Shown one piece after another: positions 1-18,895 of a DNA stretch of 64,000 bases. The translations under genes and the position numbers were made by a program. Each line of letters starts with the position of its first letter. Position 1 is the stretch's first letter. The notes beneath the pieces are model-generated. The model made no database searches. It saw only the letters and a list, made by a program, of their open reading frames with translations, and was not told where the DNA came from. Origin of the DNA: Escherichia coli (GTDB lineage Bacteria > Pseudomonadota > Gammaproteobacteria > Enterobacterales > Enterobacteriaceae); NCBI RefSeq assembly GCF_003334335.1, contig NZ_QOWQ01000003.1; one strand, given 5' to 3'.

Positions 1-216
1 TACTACCTGATGGAAGCCTACAAACACCTTAAACCGATTGCGCTGGCGGGTGACGCGCGCAAGTTTAAAGCAACAATCAAGGTCGCTGACCAGGGTGAAG
101 AAGGGATTGTGGAAGCTGACAGCGCTGACGGTAGTTTTATGGATGAACTGCTAACGCTGATGGCAGCACACCGCGTGTGGTCACGCATTCCTAAGATTGA
201 CAAAATTCCTGCCTGA
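1..216 (+). CDS. katE: catalase HPII, C-terminal end (5' part lies outside window)
   Basis: Open frame from position 1 to TGA at 214-216; translation ...[22 protein letters not shown]...[10 protein letters not shown] recognised as KatE C-terminus from memory. Confidence 0.8.
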   Translation, partial: YYLMEAYKHLKPIALAGDARKFKATIKVADQGEEGIVEADSADGSFMDELLTLMAAHRVWSRIPKIDKIPA

Positions 217-221
217 TGGGA

Positions 222-461
222 GGCGGCGCAATTGCGCCGCCTCAAATGATTTACATAGTGCGCTTTGTTTATGCCGGATGCGGCGTGAACGCCTTATCCG
301 GCCTACAAAACTGTGCAAATTCAATATATTGCAGGAAACACGTAGGCCTGATAAGCGAAGCGCATCAGGCAGTTTTGCGTTTGTCAGCAGTCTCAAGCGG
401 CGCAGTTACGCCGCCTTTGTAGGAATTAATCGCCGGATGCAAGGTTCACGCCGCATCTGGC
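222..461. repeat. cluster of REP (repetitive extragenic palindromic) units, BIME-like
   Basis: Perfect palindrome GGCGGCGCAATTGCGCCGCC at 222-241, then GCCGGATGCGGCGTGAACGCCTTATCCGGCCTACA-type units at about 273-306, 342-372 and 431-461; typical enterobacterial REP sequences between katE and chbG. Confidence 0.8.
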
Positions 462-473
462 AAACATCCTCAC

Positions 474-1235
<762 letters not shown>

Positions 1236-2588
1236 TTAATGTGCTTTTTTAAGCTCTGCGATGCAGTCGGCAAAGTTTGGCAGCCATTTCTCGTGCGCCA
1301 GAATCATCTCGCGTGCCAGCAGCTCAGCATCGCGATCGGAATGCACCAACGGACTAAGGTTTAGCGCCAGTAACACATCGTTAAATTCTCCGCTAAGTGC
1401 GGCGTTACTGGCAGCAATCTCGAAGCCTTTAATGGTGTGAATCAGCCCCATTACTTTATCATCGAAATGCGTAATGCGCGGATGTGGCGTCGCGCCATCG
1501 CGCCCCAGCTTACAGGTCATTTCTACTGCCCAGTCTGCCGGAATATTATCAATCTGCCCATGATGCGGGATATTAACGTAATGTTCTGCTTGCTTGTCGT
1601 TGTAGATAGCGTTGATCACTTCGCATGCTGCATCAGAGTAATAAGCCCCACCGCGCTGTTCCAGTTCTTTCGGCTTAACTTTCAGCTCAGGATTTTTATA
1701 CAGCTCAAAAAGTTGTTTCTCGACTTTCTGTACTACCTGCGCTCGTGCGCCGCCTTTGTAGTATTCGCCCATTTCAATAGCCAGCATCTCTTTCTGCTTG
1801 AAGTAATACAGCAGATAAGAACATGGCAGCAGATTCAACGAACGAATTAAGCCCTCACTAAATGGCAGATCGAAAATATTTTTTACAGAGGACGCTTTTA
1901 ACTGCCCTGACGCCACACCATCAAGCAATTCGGCAAAGCGCGACTTGCCATTTACCAGCACATCCTTAATGAACACCATATGGTTGAGGCCGAACAAATC
2001 GATAGATAAATCATCGCTGTCTTTCAGCATCAGAACATCGCGAATAAACATCTTCATGCCGATCGGAATATTACACACGCCGATAAAGCGTTTAAATCCG
2101 GTATGACGATAAACGGCTTCAGTGACCATTCCCGCCGGGTTAGTGAAGTTAATCACCCATGCATTCGGACAAAGTTCTTCGACATCTTTTACGATGTCAA
2201 AAATCACCGGAATGGTACGCAGACCTTTAAACAAACCGCCCGCGCCGTTGGTTTCCTGACCAAGATAACCATGACTTAATGGAATACGTTCATCCAGTTC
2301 ACGCGCCGGTAATTGGCCAACGCGCAGTTGGGTAGTAACGAAATCAGCATCTTTCAATGCTTCGCGGCGATCCAGCGTTTTATAAAGCTTCATCGGGACG
2401 CCAGCGTTATCAATCATCCGTTGGCAGAGATCGAAAATAATATCCAGTTTCGCTTTACCACCTTCGACATCCACCAGCCATAATTCGCTGACCGGCAATT
2501 CGTGATAACGCTTAATAAATCCTTCCAGTAACTCCGGGGTATAGCTGCTCCCGCCACCAATAGTGACGACTTTTAATTTCTGGCTCAT
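1236..2588 (-). CDS. chbF: 6-phospho-beta-glucosidase, glycoside hydrolase family 4
   Basis: 450-aa ORF; N-terminal VVTIGGGSSYTPE NAD-binding signature of GH4 enzymes; recognised as ChbF/CelF. Confidence 0.9.
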   Translation of the reverse strand: MSQKLKVVTIGGGSSYTPELLEGFIKRYHELPVSELWLVDVEGGKAKLDIIFDLCQRMIDNAGVPMKLYKTLDRREALKDADFVTTQLRVGQLPARELDERIPLSHGYLGQETNGAGGLFKGLRTIPVIFDIVKDVEELCPNAWVINFTNPAGMVTEAVYRHTGFKRFIGVCNIPIGMKMFIRDVLMLKDSDDLSIDLFGLNHMVFIKDVLVNGKSRFAELLDGVASGQLKASSVKNIFDLPFSEGLIRSLNLLPCSYLLYYFKQKEMLAIEMGEYYKGGARAQVVQKVEKQLFELYKNPELKVKPKELEQRGGAYYSDAACEVINAIYNDKQAEHYVNIPHHGQIDNIPADWAVEMTCKLGRDGATPHPRITHFDDKVMGLIHTIKGFEIAASNAALSGEFNDVLLALNLSPLVHSDRDAELLAREMILAHEKWLPNFADCIAELKKAH

Positions 2589-2692
2589 AATTTCTCCCTT
2601 CAGTACAGAATACTGATATCTGGCATATCTGCCCCCCCGGACATAAATAATCCAGCAACAGGACAGATATGTGAATTGTCAGGTATAACGAC

Positions 2693-3535
2693 TTACTGAT
2701 TAAATTCAGTCAATTTCTTACGATAGCTCTTAGGCGTAAAGGACGTTAATTTCTTAAACGTTTTAATAAACAAACTCGGGCTACTATAACCGGCCTCAAA
2801 CGCAATATCCGTCACTGAATAGTTGGTCATTTCCAGTTGTTTTTTGGCAAAATTAATACGGATTTCATTAATAATCTGCATTGGCGTTTTGCCATAATAT
2901 CGTTGAGTCGCTCGCGTCAAATATTCCTGTGATTTGGCTGACAACGCCACCATATTCTCCAGCGCCGATTCACTAAACTGCTCTTTATCATGCATCTTTT
3001 CTACCGTACTTTTCAGCCACTGCGGTACATCATCAATCACCTGTTCTTCGCGGTAATGACGTAAACGGTTAATGACATAAAAAGTAACCATCTCAACAAA
3101 CTCTTCCAGCCCTGTTTCGCGGAAATTCAATGAAGAAATCACTGTTTCCACATAGGTGAGAAAAGCGTTATTGGTCCGGTATACCTGCGAAGCGACAAAG
3201 CAATAAGGCAACAATGGCAGGTAATGCTGCTCAAAAAAGCGTTTACTGATCCCAACGTTCAATATGCGCGTGGCACCAAACTCATAAAAACTTTGATGGT
3301 GCGAACCTAACGGAATAAAAACAAAATCGCCCCGTTCCAGTAACACGCGCTTACCGTTAATCTCCTGGAAATAACGCCCGGTTAATACCAGAGTAAATTC
3401 ATAATAGTCGTGCTGATGCAGTCCGCTGATACTCTCAGTTTTGTTATAGATAAACACATGGAAGTTTTTGCCATTAAACAACTGCTGTTCTCGGGCAGTG
3501 GCAATTTCCGGCGCGTTAATCACTGGCTGCATCAT
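2693..3535 (-). CDS. chbR: AraC-family dual regulator of the chb operon
   Basis: 280-aa ORF with C-terminal AraC-type HTH region; position inside the chb operon. Confidence 0.9.
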
Positions 3536-3542
3536 CGACTCC

Positions 3543-3893
3543 TTATGCCTTCAGTTTTTCATGAAGCTCAATTAATTCAGTAATCAGTTCACGCGCAAGC
3601 ATGGACGTCATTAAATGATCCTGAGCGTGGACCAGCACCAGACTCACTTTCATCTTACCTTCGCCCGCATCGCCTTCAATCAGTTTCGTCTGTACCAGAT
3701 GCGCTTCATTCAATGCCATCCGTGACTGATCCATCATGGCTTTTGCTGCGGCAAAATCGCCCTGCTTCGCCTGTTTCAGTGCCGCATACGCCAGGCTGCG
3801 CGCTTGTCCGGAGTTGATGATCAGCCCCATCACCACTTCTTCCAGCTCTTCAGCTTCCGTTTGCGTATCGGGAATGTTATCGAGATCCATCAT
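3543..3893 (-). CDS. chbA: PTS chitobiose-specific EIIA component
   Basis: 116-aa ORF, lactose/cellobiose-family EIIA; operon context. Confidence 0.9.
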
Positions 3894-3943
3894 ACATCGT
3901 TCCTCTCTTTTCTTACCGGCACGATTACCCGTACCGGCATCGA

Positions 3944-5302
3944 TTAAAATTTCAGGGCGTTAGCGATATCTTCTTCGCTCTCTTCTTTATCAATCGCATT
4001 TTGTGCTTTGTTAGCCACCACAACAAAGGGCAGATAAATTAACGTTGCGATGCCAAGGTTGAAGAGTGCGACCAGCAATGCGGCGACGCTACCGTTGGTG
4101 TTAAAGAAGGCTCCCAGACCGGTTGGCATGGTCCACGGTGCAATATTGGTCACCGGAGGAATAATGCCCATGTAGTACGCTGCGAGGGTGATTGCCGCCA
4201 GAATCGGTTGTACCAGTACAAACGGGATAAACATCACCGGGTTCATGATAATTGGCAGACCAAACAGAATCGGTTCGTTAATCTGGAAGATGCCGGACGG
4301 CAGCGCCAGTTTTGCCACCTGACGATAATCAGCACGGCGAGAGGCGATAAAGATAGCCAGGATCAGGCCTAAAGTCGCACCACTGCCCCCAAGGAAAATA
4401 AAGGAGTCCAGCATCGGCTTGGCCCAGATATGGAAGGTCTTACCGGCTGCCAGCGCCGCTTCGACGGAACCATATTGCTGATAGGTCGCGATATTTTCCA
4501 GTGCCCACGGCGTCATAATGCCGTTGTCCAGTGCGGTCAGCGCCAGCGCGCCATGAATACCGAAGAACCAGAGCAGTGGAACAAAGATCACATAGGCCCA
4601 GCCCACCACGCTACCCAACGATGCCAGTGGGGTTGAGATGGTATCCATAATGATCTGATGGAAGTTGGTGCCCCAGGTATTCAACGCCCAGGCAATAATC
4701 CCCATCACGGAAAGAATAATAAAGCCGGGAATTAATGCCGAGAAGGAACGCGATACTGAAGCAGGTACGCTGTCGGGCAGTTTAATGACCCAATTGCGGC
4801 GGACAATAAAGGTAAACATTTCTGCCACCACCAGGCCAATAATAATCCCGGAGATGATATTCGCCCCACCTAACCAGTTTGCACCAACCGCATAGGCCTC
4901 ACCGACACTATATGGGGTGACGGTCATAAATGCTGCAACGGATAACAACCCAGCCGCCAGCGCATCGACTTTAGGCTCTTCTGCCAGCGCCATGCCAATA
5001 AAGAACGGTGCCATTAAAGACATTATTCCTAATGTTCCGTTATATACGTTGCCGCCAATACCTTTCAGACCATTAAGTGTTTCAATGGTTGAGGCGTCGA
5101 GGCGAATACCTAAGGAATAAAAAAACGACCCCTCCCCAAAGCTTAGAAAAACGTTGTTAATTAATACAAACATGGCCCCCGCAAGGGTTAACGGCATTAA
5201 GCGAATAAAGCCATTTTTGATTGCATTAACGTGTGGCTGCTTTCCTATTTTAACTGCAAAAGGGAGGAGTACCTTTTCAAGCGATGCAATAACATTACTC
5301 AT
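3944..5302 (-). CDS. chbC: PTS chitobiose-specific EIIC permease
   Basis: 452-aa polytopic membrane protein; operon context. Confidence 0.9.
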   Translation of the reverse strand: MSNVIASLEKVLLPFAVKIGKQPHVNAIKNGFIRLMPLTLAGAMFVLINNVFLSFGEGSFFYSLGIRLDASTIETLNGLKGIGGNVYNGTLGIMSLMAPFFIGMALAEEPKVDALAAGLLSVAAFMTVTPYSVGEAYAVGANWLGGANIISGIIIGLVVAEMFTFIVRRNWVIKLPDSVPASVSRSFSALIPGFIILSVMGIIAWALNTWGTNFHQIIMDTISTPLASLGSVVGWAYVIFVPLLWFFGIHGALALTALDNGIMTPWALENIATYQQYGSVEAALAAGKTFHIWAKPMLDSFIFLGGSGATLGLILAIFIASRRADYRQVAKLALPSGIFQINEPILFGLPIIMNPVMFIPFVLVQPILAAITLAAYYMGIIPPVTNIAPWTMPTGLGAFFNTNGSVAALLVALFNLGIATLIYLPFVVVANKAQNAIDKEESEEDIANALKF

Positions 5303-5386
5303 AGAAAAATACCCTTAAAAACCGCAATTTAAATATTGCGGTATTGATTTATGAAATAACTCTTTGACGGGAAAATTTAAAATAAA

Positions 5387-5707
5387 TTAATTTGCTGCGG
5401 CTTTTTTAATCGCTGCAACCGCAGCCTTAAGCACGCCTAAACCATCGACTTTGCCATAAAGCAGCGAGTCAATTACTTCAACCGGTTTGTTGGGTAACAA
5501 ACGCTGGATTTCGGGCAACATATAAGCAATCTGCGGCCCTAATAACACGACATCGGCATTCTGACCTTTTTCACCAGCCAGTGTTTCCGGAAATGCTTCA
5601 ATAATGACCGGAACTTCATATTTTTCTGCCTGTGCGCGCATTTTTGATACCAGTAAAGAGGTAGACATGCCCGCAGAACAAAACAGATAAATGTGTTTCT
5701 TTTCCAT
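5387..5707 (-). CDS. chbB: PTS chitobiose-specific EIIB component
   Basis: 106-aa [23 protein letters not shown]... with the phosphorylatable Cys of lactose-family EIIB. Confidence 0.9.
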   Translation of the reverse strand: MEKKHIYLFCSAGMSTSLLVSKMRAQAEKYEVPVIIEAFPETLAGEKGQNADVVLLGPQIAYMLPEIQRLLPNKPVEVIDSLLYGKVDGLGVLKAAVAAIKKAAAN

Positions 5708-5889
5708 AAAACTGCCCTCATCGACGATTATCTGTCAGCCAGACACTCCGCAAGCCTTAACCTGCTTCCATGCTCTGGGTAACTTGCGAAACCAACATGA
5801 CTTTTTTTGTGGCTGAAAGGAGTATACGGTATAGACCTGAGCAATAGTATTTCTTTGACCTTATAAATTGTTTCTCCTTGACCTGTGGT

Positions 5890-5905
5890 TATGACCCTCT
5901 TCACA
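5890..5905. promoter_or_regulatory. CRP-like site in the chb promoter region
   Basis: TATGA-N6-TCACA, one mismatch to the TGTGA-N6-TCACA consensus, about 185 bp upstream of chbB; the chb promoter is known to be CRP-dependent. Confidence 0.45.
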
Positions 5906-5947
5906 TTTCGGGCAAATAATTCGCGAAGATAATTAAGAACTCAGGCC

Positions 5948-5973
5948 AAAAAAAACCGGCGCAATGGCCGGTT
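5948..5973 (-). terminator. rho-independent terminator of osmE
   Basis: Minus-strand RNA forms AACCGGCCAUUGCGCCGGUU followed by a U7 tract (A-run 5948-5954 on the plus strand), 33 nt after the osmE stop. Confidence 0.8.
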
Positions 5974-6005
5974 TCCGTTGTTACTCAAGCTTTCAGACGA
6001 ATTGA

Positions 6006-6344
6006 TTACTTCGCAGCCTGTGGATCAGTGTCGTATTCAGCACAGGTCTGATAACCGGAGTTGATGACATGTCCGGTATCATCTAACGCGACAAAGTAGG
6101 TTTCTGCTTTACCATCACGTTGACCCAGGATGTAGGTCTGGCAAGTACCGCGAGCATGGATCATGCTCACTTCAGACGAAGGTTTACCCGCAATTTGTGC
6201 AACCTGCGCCCGGCTCATGCCTTTTTTGACGTCTTTCACCACAGGCTGTACAAACTGGTCTTTGGTACGATCATAAGCCGTACAACCCGCCAGCATGGTT
6301 AATACCGCCGCTGCACTCAGAATTCCTGCCATATTCTTGTTCAT
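6006..6344 (-). CDS. osmE: osmotically inducible lipoprotein OsmE
   Basis: 112-aa ORF with signal peptide and lipobox LAGC; recognised as OsmE. Confidence 0.9.
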
Positions 6345-6545
6345 ATTCCGTCCTCTTGTTTATCAGCGTGTTAGATAAGCCTGGAATACATTGGGCGCTT
6401 TTTCAAGCCCGTGAACGAAACGGCTCCGCTTTCAGAGGATTCCTGTATGACGTTTTAACCACCATTCAGCCCGCTGTCGCTTGTCGTTTCAGTAGCAACG
6501 GGTTAGCTTTAAGGAAGTTTTGTCTTTTCTGTCTGGAGGGGTTCA

Positions 6546-7373
6546 ATGACATTGCAACAACAAATAATAAAGGCGCTGGGCGCAAAACCGCAGATTAATG
6601 CTGAAGAGGAAATTCGTCGTAGTGTCGATTTTCTGAAAAGCTACCTGCAAACTTATCCGTTCATTAAATCACTGGTGCTCGGGATCAGCGGCGGTCAGGA
6701 CTCCACGCTTGCCGGAAAGCTGTGCCAGATGGCGATTAATGAGCTGCGCCTGGAAACCGGCAACGAATCACTGCAATTTATTGCCGTACGCCTGCCCTAT
6801 GGTGTTCAGGCCGACGAACAAGATTGCCAGGATGCCATTGCCTTTATTCAACCGGATCGCGTATTAACCGTTAATATCAAGGGCGCGGTATTGGCCAGCG
6901 AACAGGCATTGCGGGAAGCAGGCATTGAACTGAGCGATTTTGTCCGTGGCAATGAAAAAGCGCGTGAGCGGATGAAAGCACAATATAGCATTGCGGGTAT
7001 GACCAGCGGTGTCGTGGTGGGCACCGATCATGCAGCAGAAGCCATTACCGGATTCTTCACTAAATATGGTGACGGCGGTACGGACATTAATCCGCTGTAT
7101 CGTCTCAACAAACGTCAGGGTAAACAGTTACTGGCGGCATTAGCTTGCCCGGAACACCTTTATAAGAAAGCGCCAACGGCCGATCTGGAAGATGATCGCC
7201 CTTCTCTGCCAGATGAAGTGGCACTCGGCGTGACCTATGACAATATCGACGACTATCTGGAAGGGAAAAACGTACCTCAACAGGTCGCCAGAACAATAGA
7301 GAACTGGTATCTGAAAACCGAACATAAACGCCGTCCGCCAATTACCGTTTTCGATGATTTCTGGAAAAAGTAA
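6546..7373 (+). CDS. nadE: NH3-dependent NAD+ synthetase
   Basis: 275-aa ORF with PP-loop motif SGGQDS ([12 protein letters not shown]); recognised as NadE. Confidence 0.92.
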
Positions 7374-7418
7374 TAATTTGCACATATTGGATTGTGCGAA
7401 AAAGAGTAATTTGTTCAC

Positions 7419-7518
7419 GCCGGATGCGGCGTGAACGCCTTATTCGACCTATAAAACTATGCAAATTCAATACATTGCAGGAGTCGAATAGGCCTGACAG
7501 GCGTAGCACGTCAGACGG
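7419..7518. repeat. REP pair (BIME-like) downstream of nadE
   Basis: GCCGGATGCGGCGTGAACGCCTTATTCGACCTAT unit and inverted AGGCCTGACAGGCGTAGCACGTCAGACGG unit; the linker between them is near-identical to the one at 300-355. Confidence 0.75.
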
Positions 7519-7602
7519 TGTAACCTTTGTCATCGACCCGCCTCTTTTTTAATCGCTTCCCGCCTGTTACACTGGATAGATAACCAGCATTCGGAGTCAA
7601 CA

Positions 7603-9103
<1,501 letters not shown>

Positions 9104-9140
9104 TTAGTGGTGATCAGGCTTTTTTTACAACTGTTTGAGA

Positions 9141-9205
9141 AGAGAAAAGAAAACCGCCGATCCTGTCCACCGCATTACTGCAAGGTAGTGGACAAGACCG
9201 GCGGT
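9141..9205 (-). terminator. rho-independent terminator of spy
   Basis: Long inverted repeat ACCGCCG...GTCCAC / GTGGAC...CGGCGGT (9153-9205), followed on the minus-strand RNA by a U-rich tract; a T6 run at 9212-9217 follows it on the plus strand as well. Confidence 0.75.
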
Positions 9206-9227
9206 CTTAAGTTTTTTGGCTGAAAGA

Positions 9228-9713
9228 TTATTCAGCAGTTGCAGGCATTTTACCTTTTGCCGCTGGACGTTCTGTCAGACGCTTCTCAAAATTAGCATTA
9301 AATTGCTTTTTCTGTTCCGGCGTCAGGATGTTGTAAATTTTGTTCTGGGTTTCCATGTGCGCCAGCATGTTAGCTTTGCGCTGTTCTTCCATTTTTGCGA
9401 TCTGCGCTTCAGCTTTTACTTTATCGAAGGTATCGCTGGCAATGATGTCATGCATTGCGCGGCGTTCTTCCAGCGGCGGACGTTTCATCTGGTCACGCTG
9501 GCCTTTCATGATTTCGCGGATCTGCTGTTTCTGCGCGTCGGTCAGGTTCAGGTCTTTGAACATCATGTCCTGATGCGGACCGAACTTGCCTTTGTGGTGC
9601 ATCATCGGCTTCGCGTCAGCCGGTGCTGCGGTAGTGGTGTCTGCGGCATGGGCCAGGTTAGCCGCGCCAAGAGCCAGGGTAGAGGCAACAAACAGTGCAG
9701 TTAATTTACGCAT
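9228..9713 (-). CDS. spy: periplasmic ATP-independent chaperone Spy
   Basis: 161-aa ORF with signal peptide and two LTxxQ motifs (LNLTDAQKQQI, LTPEQKKQF); recognised as Spy. Confidence 0.92.
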   Translation of the reverse strand: MRKLTALFVASTLALGAANLAHAADTTTAAPADAKPMMHHKGKFGPHQDMMFKDLNLTDAQKQQIREIMKGQRDQMKRPPLEERRAMHDIIASDTFDKVKAEAQIAKMEEQRKANMLAHMETQNKIYNILTPEQKKQFNANFEKRLTERPAAKGKMPATAE

Positions 9714-9818
9714 ATTCTATATCCTTCCTTTCAGTTATTTATTACGGCTTTCTTAAGTAGCGTGCCGTGTTGACGAGATTAACTTTACTGACTTTAGCGT
9801 CAATTAATCAGAGCAACG

Positions 9819-9839
9819 GTAAAACAATGAAAGTGTAAA
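9819..9839. promoter_or_regulatory. CpxR-like GTAAA repeats in the spy promoter region
   Basis: GTAAA at 9819-9823, GAAAG at 9829-9833 and GTAAA at 9835-9839, about 105-125 bp upstream of the spy start; spy is known to be Cpx/Bae-regulated. Exact operator not determined. Confidence 0.4.
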
Positions 9840-10014
9840 AAACACTTTTGCGCCAATTATGGAGAAAAAAAGAAAATTTGATGGAGAGTGATGAGAGAAT
9901 ATTACAACACGATGATTTTGCAGAGATTATGAAGAACTATACCGGATGACTGGTGATAAATAAAGCAAATAACCAGGATTAATCTGTATTAATTTATAAG
10001 AAAGCAACTTAATA

Positions 10015-10036
10015 CCCGCAGAATGATTTCTGCGGG
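10015..10036 (-). terminator. stem-loop just after astE (probable ast operon terminator)
   Basis: CCCGCAGAA-tgat-TTCTGCGGG hairpin 6 bp after the astE stop, followed on the minus-strand RNA by a moderately U-rich stretch. Confidence 0.5.
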
Positions 10037-10042
10037 TAAGTA

Positions 10043-16106
<6,064 letters not shown>

Positions 16107-16141
16107 TTAATAATAAGTAATGTTTGCGCTGTAAATGTAGA

Positions 16142-16158
16142 TTGCAGGGTTCGTGCCA
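16142..16158 (-). promoter_or_regulatory. sigma54 (-24/-12) promoter of astC
   Basis: Minus strand reads TGGCACGAACCCTGCAA, matching the sigma54 consensus TGGCACG-N4-TTGCW at all but one position; about 70 bp upstream of the astC ATG. Confidence 0.75.
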
Positions 16159-16515
16159 GCCAGTGATAAAAGTGCATAAACGGCGGAGGCTAACTGGAAA
16201 TCAAGGAGTTATAACCAAACCATATGCATTTAAAGTGCATATAAAGTGAATACGTTTGCGATGTGGGTGAATAAAAAGAATAAAAAACGCAATGTTATGC
16301 AGAAGTAAAATATAATTCTGGAATTGTGATCATTGACGAAATTTACTGGAAATTACTGCGCCATTCTGACGCAGCGCGCACTAAAAGCGGGCATTTTTTG
16401 CGCCATCGTTGACATCATTAACAACCATCGATCAAATCACTTAACAACAGGCGGTAAGCAACGCGAAATTCTGCTACCATCCACGCACTCTTTATCTGAA
16501 TAAATGGCAGCGACT

Positions 16516-17322
16516 ATGAAATTTGTCTCTTTTAATATCAACGGCCTGCGCGCCAGACCTCACCAGCTTGAAGCCATCGTCGAAAAGCACCAACCGGATG
16601 TGATTGGCCTGCAGGAGACAAAAGTTCATGACGATATGTTTCCGCTCGAAGAGGTGGCGAAGCTCGGCTACAACGTGTTTTATCACGGGCAGAAAGGCCA
16701 TTATGGCGTGGCGCTGCTGACCAAAGAGACGCCGATTGCCGTGCGTCGCGGCTTTCCCGGTGACGACGAAGAGGCGCAGCGGCGGATTATTATGGCGGAA
16801 ATCCCCTCACTGCTGGGTAATGTCACCGTGATCAACGGTTACTTCCCGCAGGGTGAAAGCCGCGACCATCCGATAAAATTCCCGGCAAAAGCGCAGTTTT
16901 ATCAGAATCTGCAAAACTACCTGGAAACCGAACTCAAACGTGATAATCCGGTACTGATTATGGGCGATATGAATATCAGCCCTACAGATCTGGATATCGG
17001 CATTGGCGAAGAAAACCGTAAGCGCTGGCTGCGTACCGGTAAATGCTCTTTCCTGCCGGAAGAGCGCGAATGGATGGACAGGCTGATGAGCTGGGGGTTG
17101 GTCGATACCTTCCGCCATGCGAATCCGCAAACAGCAGATCGTTTCTCATGGTTTGATTACCGCTCAAAAGGTTTTGACGATAACCGTGGTCTGCGCATCG
17201 ACCTGCTGCTCGCCAGCCAACCGCTGGCAGAATGTTGCGTAGAAACCGGCATCGACTATGAAATCCGCAGCATGGAAAAACCGTCCGATCACGCCCCCGT
17301 CTGGGCGACCTTCCGCCGCTAA
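16516..17322 (+). CDS. xthA: exodeoxyribonuclease III
   Basis: ATG at 16516 ([14 protein letters not shown]...) gives 268 aa; the ORF-track start at 16504 is a 4-codon extension. Confidence 0.92.
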
Positions 17323-17488
17323 TTTAGCAGCTCTCCTGGCTCAAACTGGGTCAGGAGAATTAACCTTGAGAAAAATCAACAAACTGTCAGTAATGATTTG
17401 TTGCCTGCCGTCCTTTGTTATACCGTCTCTGCGTTTTTAGTTGTCTGACCACTTCTCTATTATCAAGTTTGATATAGGAAACTCCACG

Positions 17489-18199
17489 ATGAACGCTGAG
17501 CGTAAATTTCTTTTTGCCTGTCTTATTTTTGCGCTGGTCATTTACGCTATCCACGCTTTCGGTTTATTCGATCTGCTCACCGATTTACCCCACTTACAGA
17601 CACTCATCCGCCAGAGCGGATTTTTCGGCTATAGCCTCTATATTCTGTTATTCATCATTGCCACCCTCTTGCTGTTACCAGGAAGCATACTGGTGATCGC
17701 GGGAGGAATAGTTTTTGGCCCGCTCTTAGGGACACTACTCTCATTAATTGCCGCCACGCTGGCCTCCTCGTGCTCATTCCTGCTGGCGCGCTGGCTGGGA
17801 CGTGATTTACTGCTGAAATACGTTGGCCATAGCAATACCTTCCAGGCCATTGAAAAAGGCATTGCGCGTAACGGTATTGATTTTCTTATTCTGACCCGCT
17901 TAATCCCGTTGTTTCCTTACAATATTCAAAATTACGCTTACGGATTAACCACAATCGCCTTCTGGCCTTATACCCTTATTTCGGCACTCACGACCCTACC
18001 CGGTATTGTTATTTATACCGTGATGGCAAGCGATCTCGCCAATGAAGGCATTACGCTGCGCTTTATTTTACAACTCTGTCTGGCGGGCCTGGCGCTGTTT
18101 ATTCTCGTCCAGCTCGCAAAACTCTACGCCCGACACAAACATGTGGATCTGTCTGCTTCGCGCCGCAGCCCACTTACTCACCCAAAAAATGAAGGATAG
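17489..18199 (+). CDS. ydjX: TVP38/TMEM64 (DedA-superfamily) inner membrane protein
   Basis: Internal ATG at 17489 gives 236 aa; polytopic membrane protein. Confidence 0.8.
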   Translation: MNAERKFLFACLIFALVIYAIHAFGLFDLLTDLPHLQTLIRQSGFFGYSLYILLFIIATLLLLPGSILVIAGGIVFGPLLGTLLSLIAATLASSCSFLLARWLGRDLLLKYVGHSNTFQAIEKGIARNGIDFLILTRLIPLFPYNIQNYAYGLTTIAFWPYTLISALTTLPGIVIYTVMASDLANEGITLRFILQLCLAGLALFILVQLAKLYARHKHVDLSASRRSPLTHPKNEG

Positions 18200-18203
18200 A
18201 ACG

Positions 18204-18881
18204 ATGTTGCAACATTATTCAGTGTCATGGAAAAAAGGACTGGCTGCACTCTGTTTACTGGCTGTTGCTGGGCTTAGCGGCTGCGATCAACAAGAGAATG
18301 CGGCGGCAAAAGTGGAATACGACGGACTTTCGAACAGCCAACCGCTGCGTGTCGATGCCAATAACCATACGGTAACCATGCTGGTGCAAATTAATGGTCG
18401 TTTCCTCACCGACGACACTCGTCACGGTATTGTGTTTAAAGATGGCTCCAACGGACATAAATCGCTGTTTATGGGTTATGCGACCCCGAAAGCATTTTAT
18501 GAAGCCCTGAAAGAGGCAGGTGGTACGCCGGGCGAAAACATGACGATGGATAATAAAGAAACGACTCATGTCACAGGCAGCAAACTGGATATTTCGGTCA
18601 ACTGGCAAGGGGCGGCAAAAGCGTATTCCTTCGATGAAGTGATTGTTGACAGTAATGGCAAGAAACTGGACATGCGCTTTGGCGGTAATTTAACGGCAGC
18701 AGAAGAGAAGAAAGCGGGTTGCCTGGTGTGTCTGGATAGCTGCCCGGTCGGCATCGTCAGCAATGCAACATACACTTATGGTGCGGTTGAAAAACGTGGT
18801 GAAGTTAAATTCAAAGGCAATGCCTCAGTTCTCCCGGCGGATAACACGCTGGCAACGGTTACCTTTAAAATCGCCGAATAA
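18204..18881 (+). CDS. ydjY: predicted lipoprotein YdjY
   Basis: ATG at 18204 with AAGGAT ribosome-binding site; 225 aa; lipobox LSGC; C-terminal Cys cluster CLVCLDSC. The ORF-track N-terminal extension overlaps ydjX and is rejected. Confidence 0.8.
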   Translation: MLQHYSVSWKKGLAALCLLAVAGLSGCDQQENAAAKVEYDGLSNSQPLRVDANNHTVTMLVQINGRFLTDDTRHGIVFKDGSNGHKSLFMGYATPKAFYEALKEAGGTPGENMTMDNKETTHVTGSKLDISVNWQGAAKAYSFDEVIVDSNGKKLDMRFGGNLTAAEEKKAGCLVCLDSCPVGIVSNATYTYGAVEKRGEVKFKGNASVLPADNTLATVTFKIAE

Positions 18882-18895
18882 AGCCAGGATAAAGG

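Noticed and set aside
1437-1850. Antisense and out-of-frame ORFs nested inside recognised genes throughout the track (for example 1437-1850 in chbF, 9216-9704 opposite spy, 46964-47842 opposite gapA)
   Set aside because: Each is fully contained in a well-supported gene on the other strand or frame, with no ribosome-binding site and low-complexity or Arg-rich translation typical of antisense frames.
7342-7533. ORF 7342-7533 (-), 63 aa, downstream of nadE
   Set aside because: Translated REP/BIME sequence, a near-duplicate of the 181-396 artefact; not a gene.
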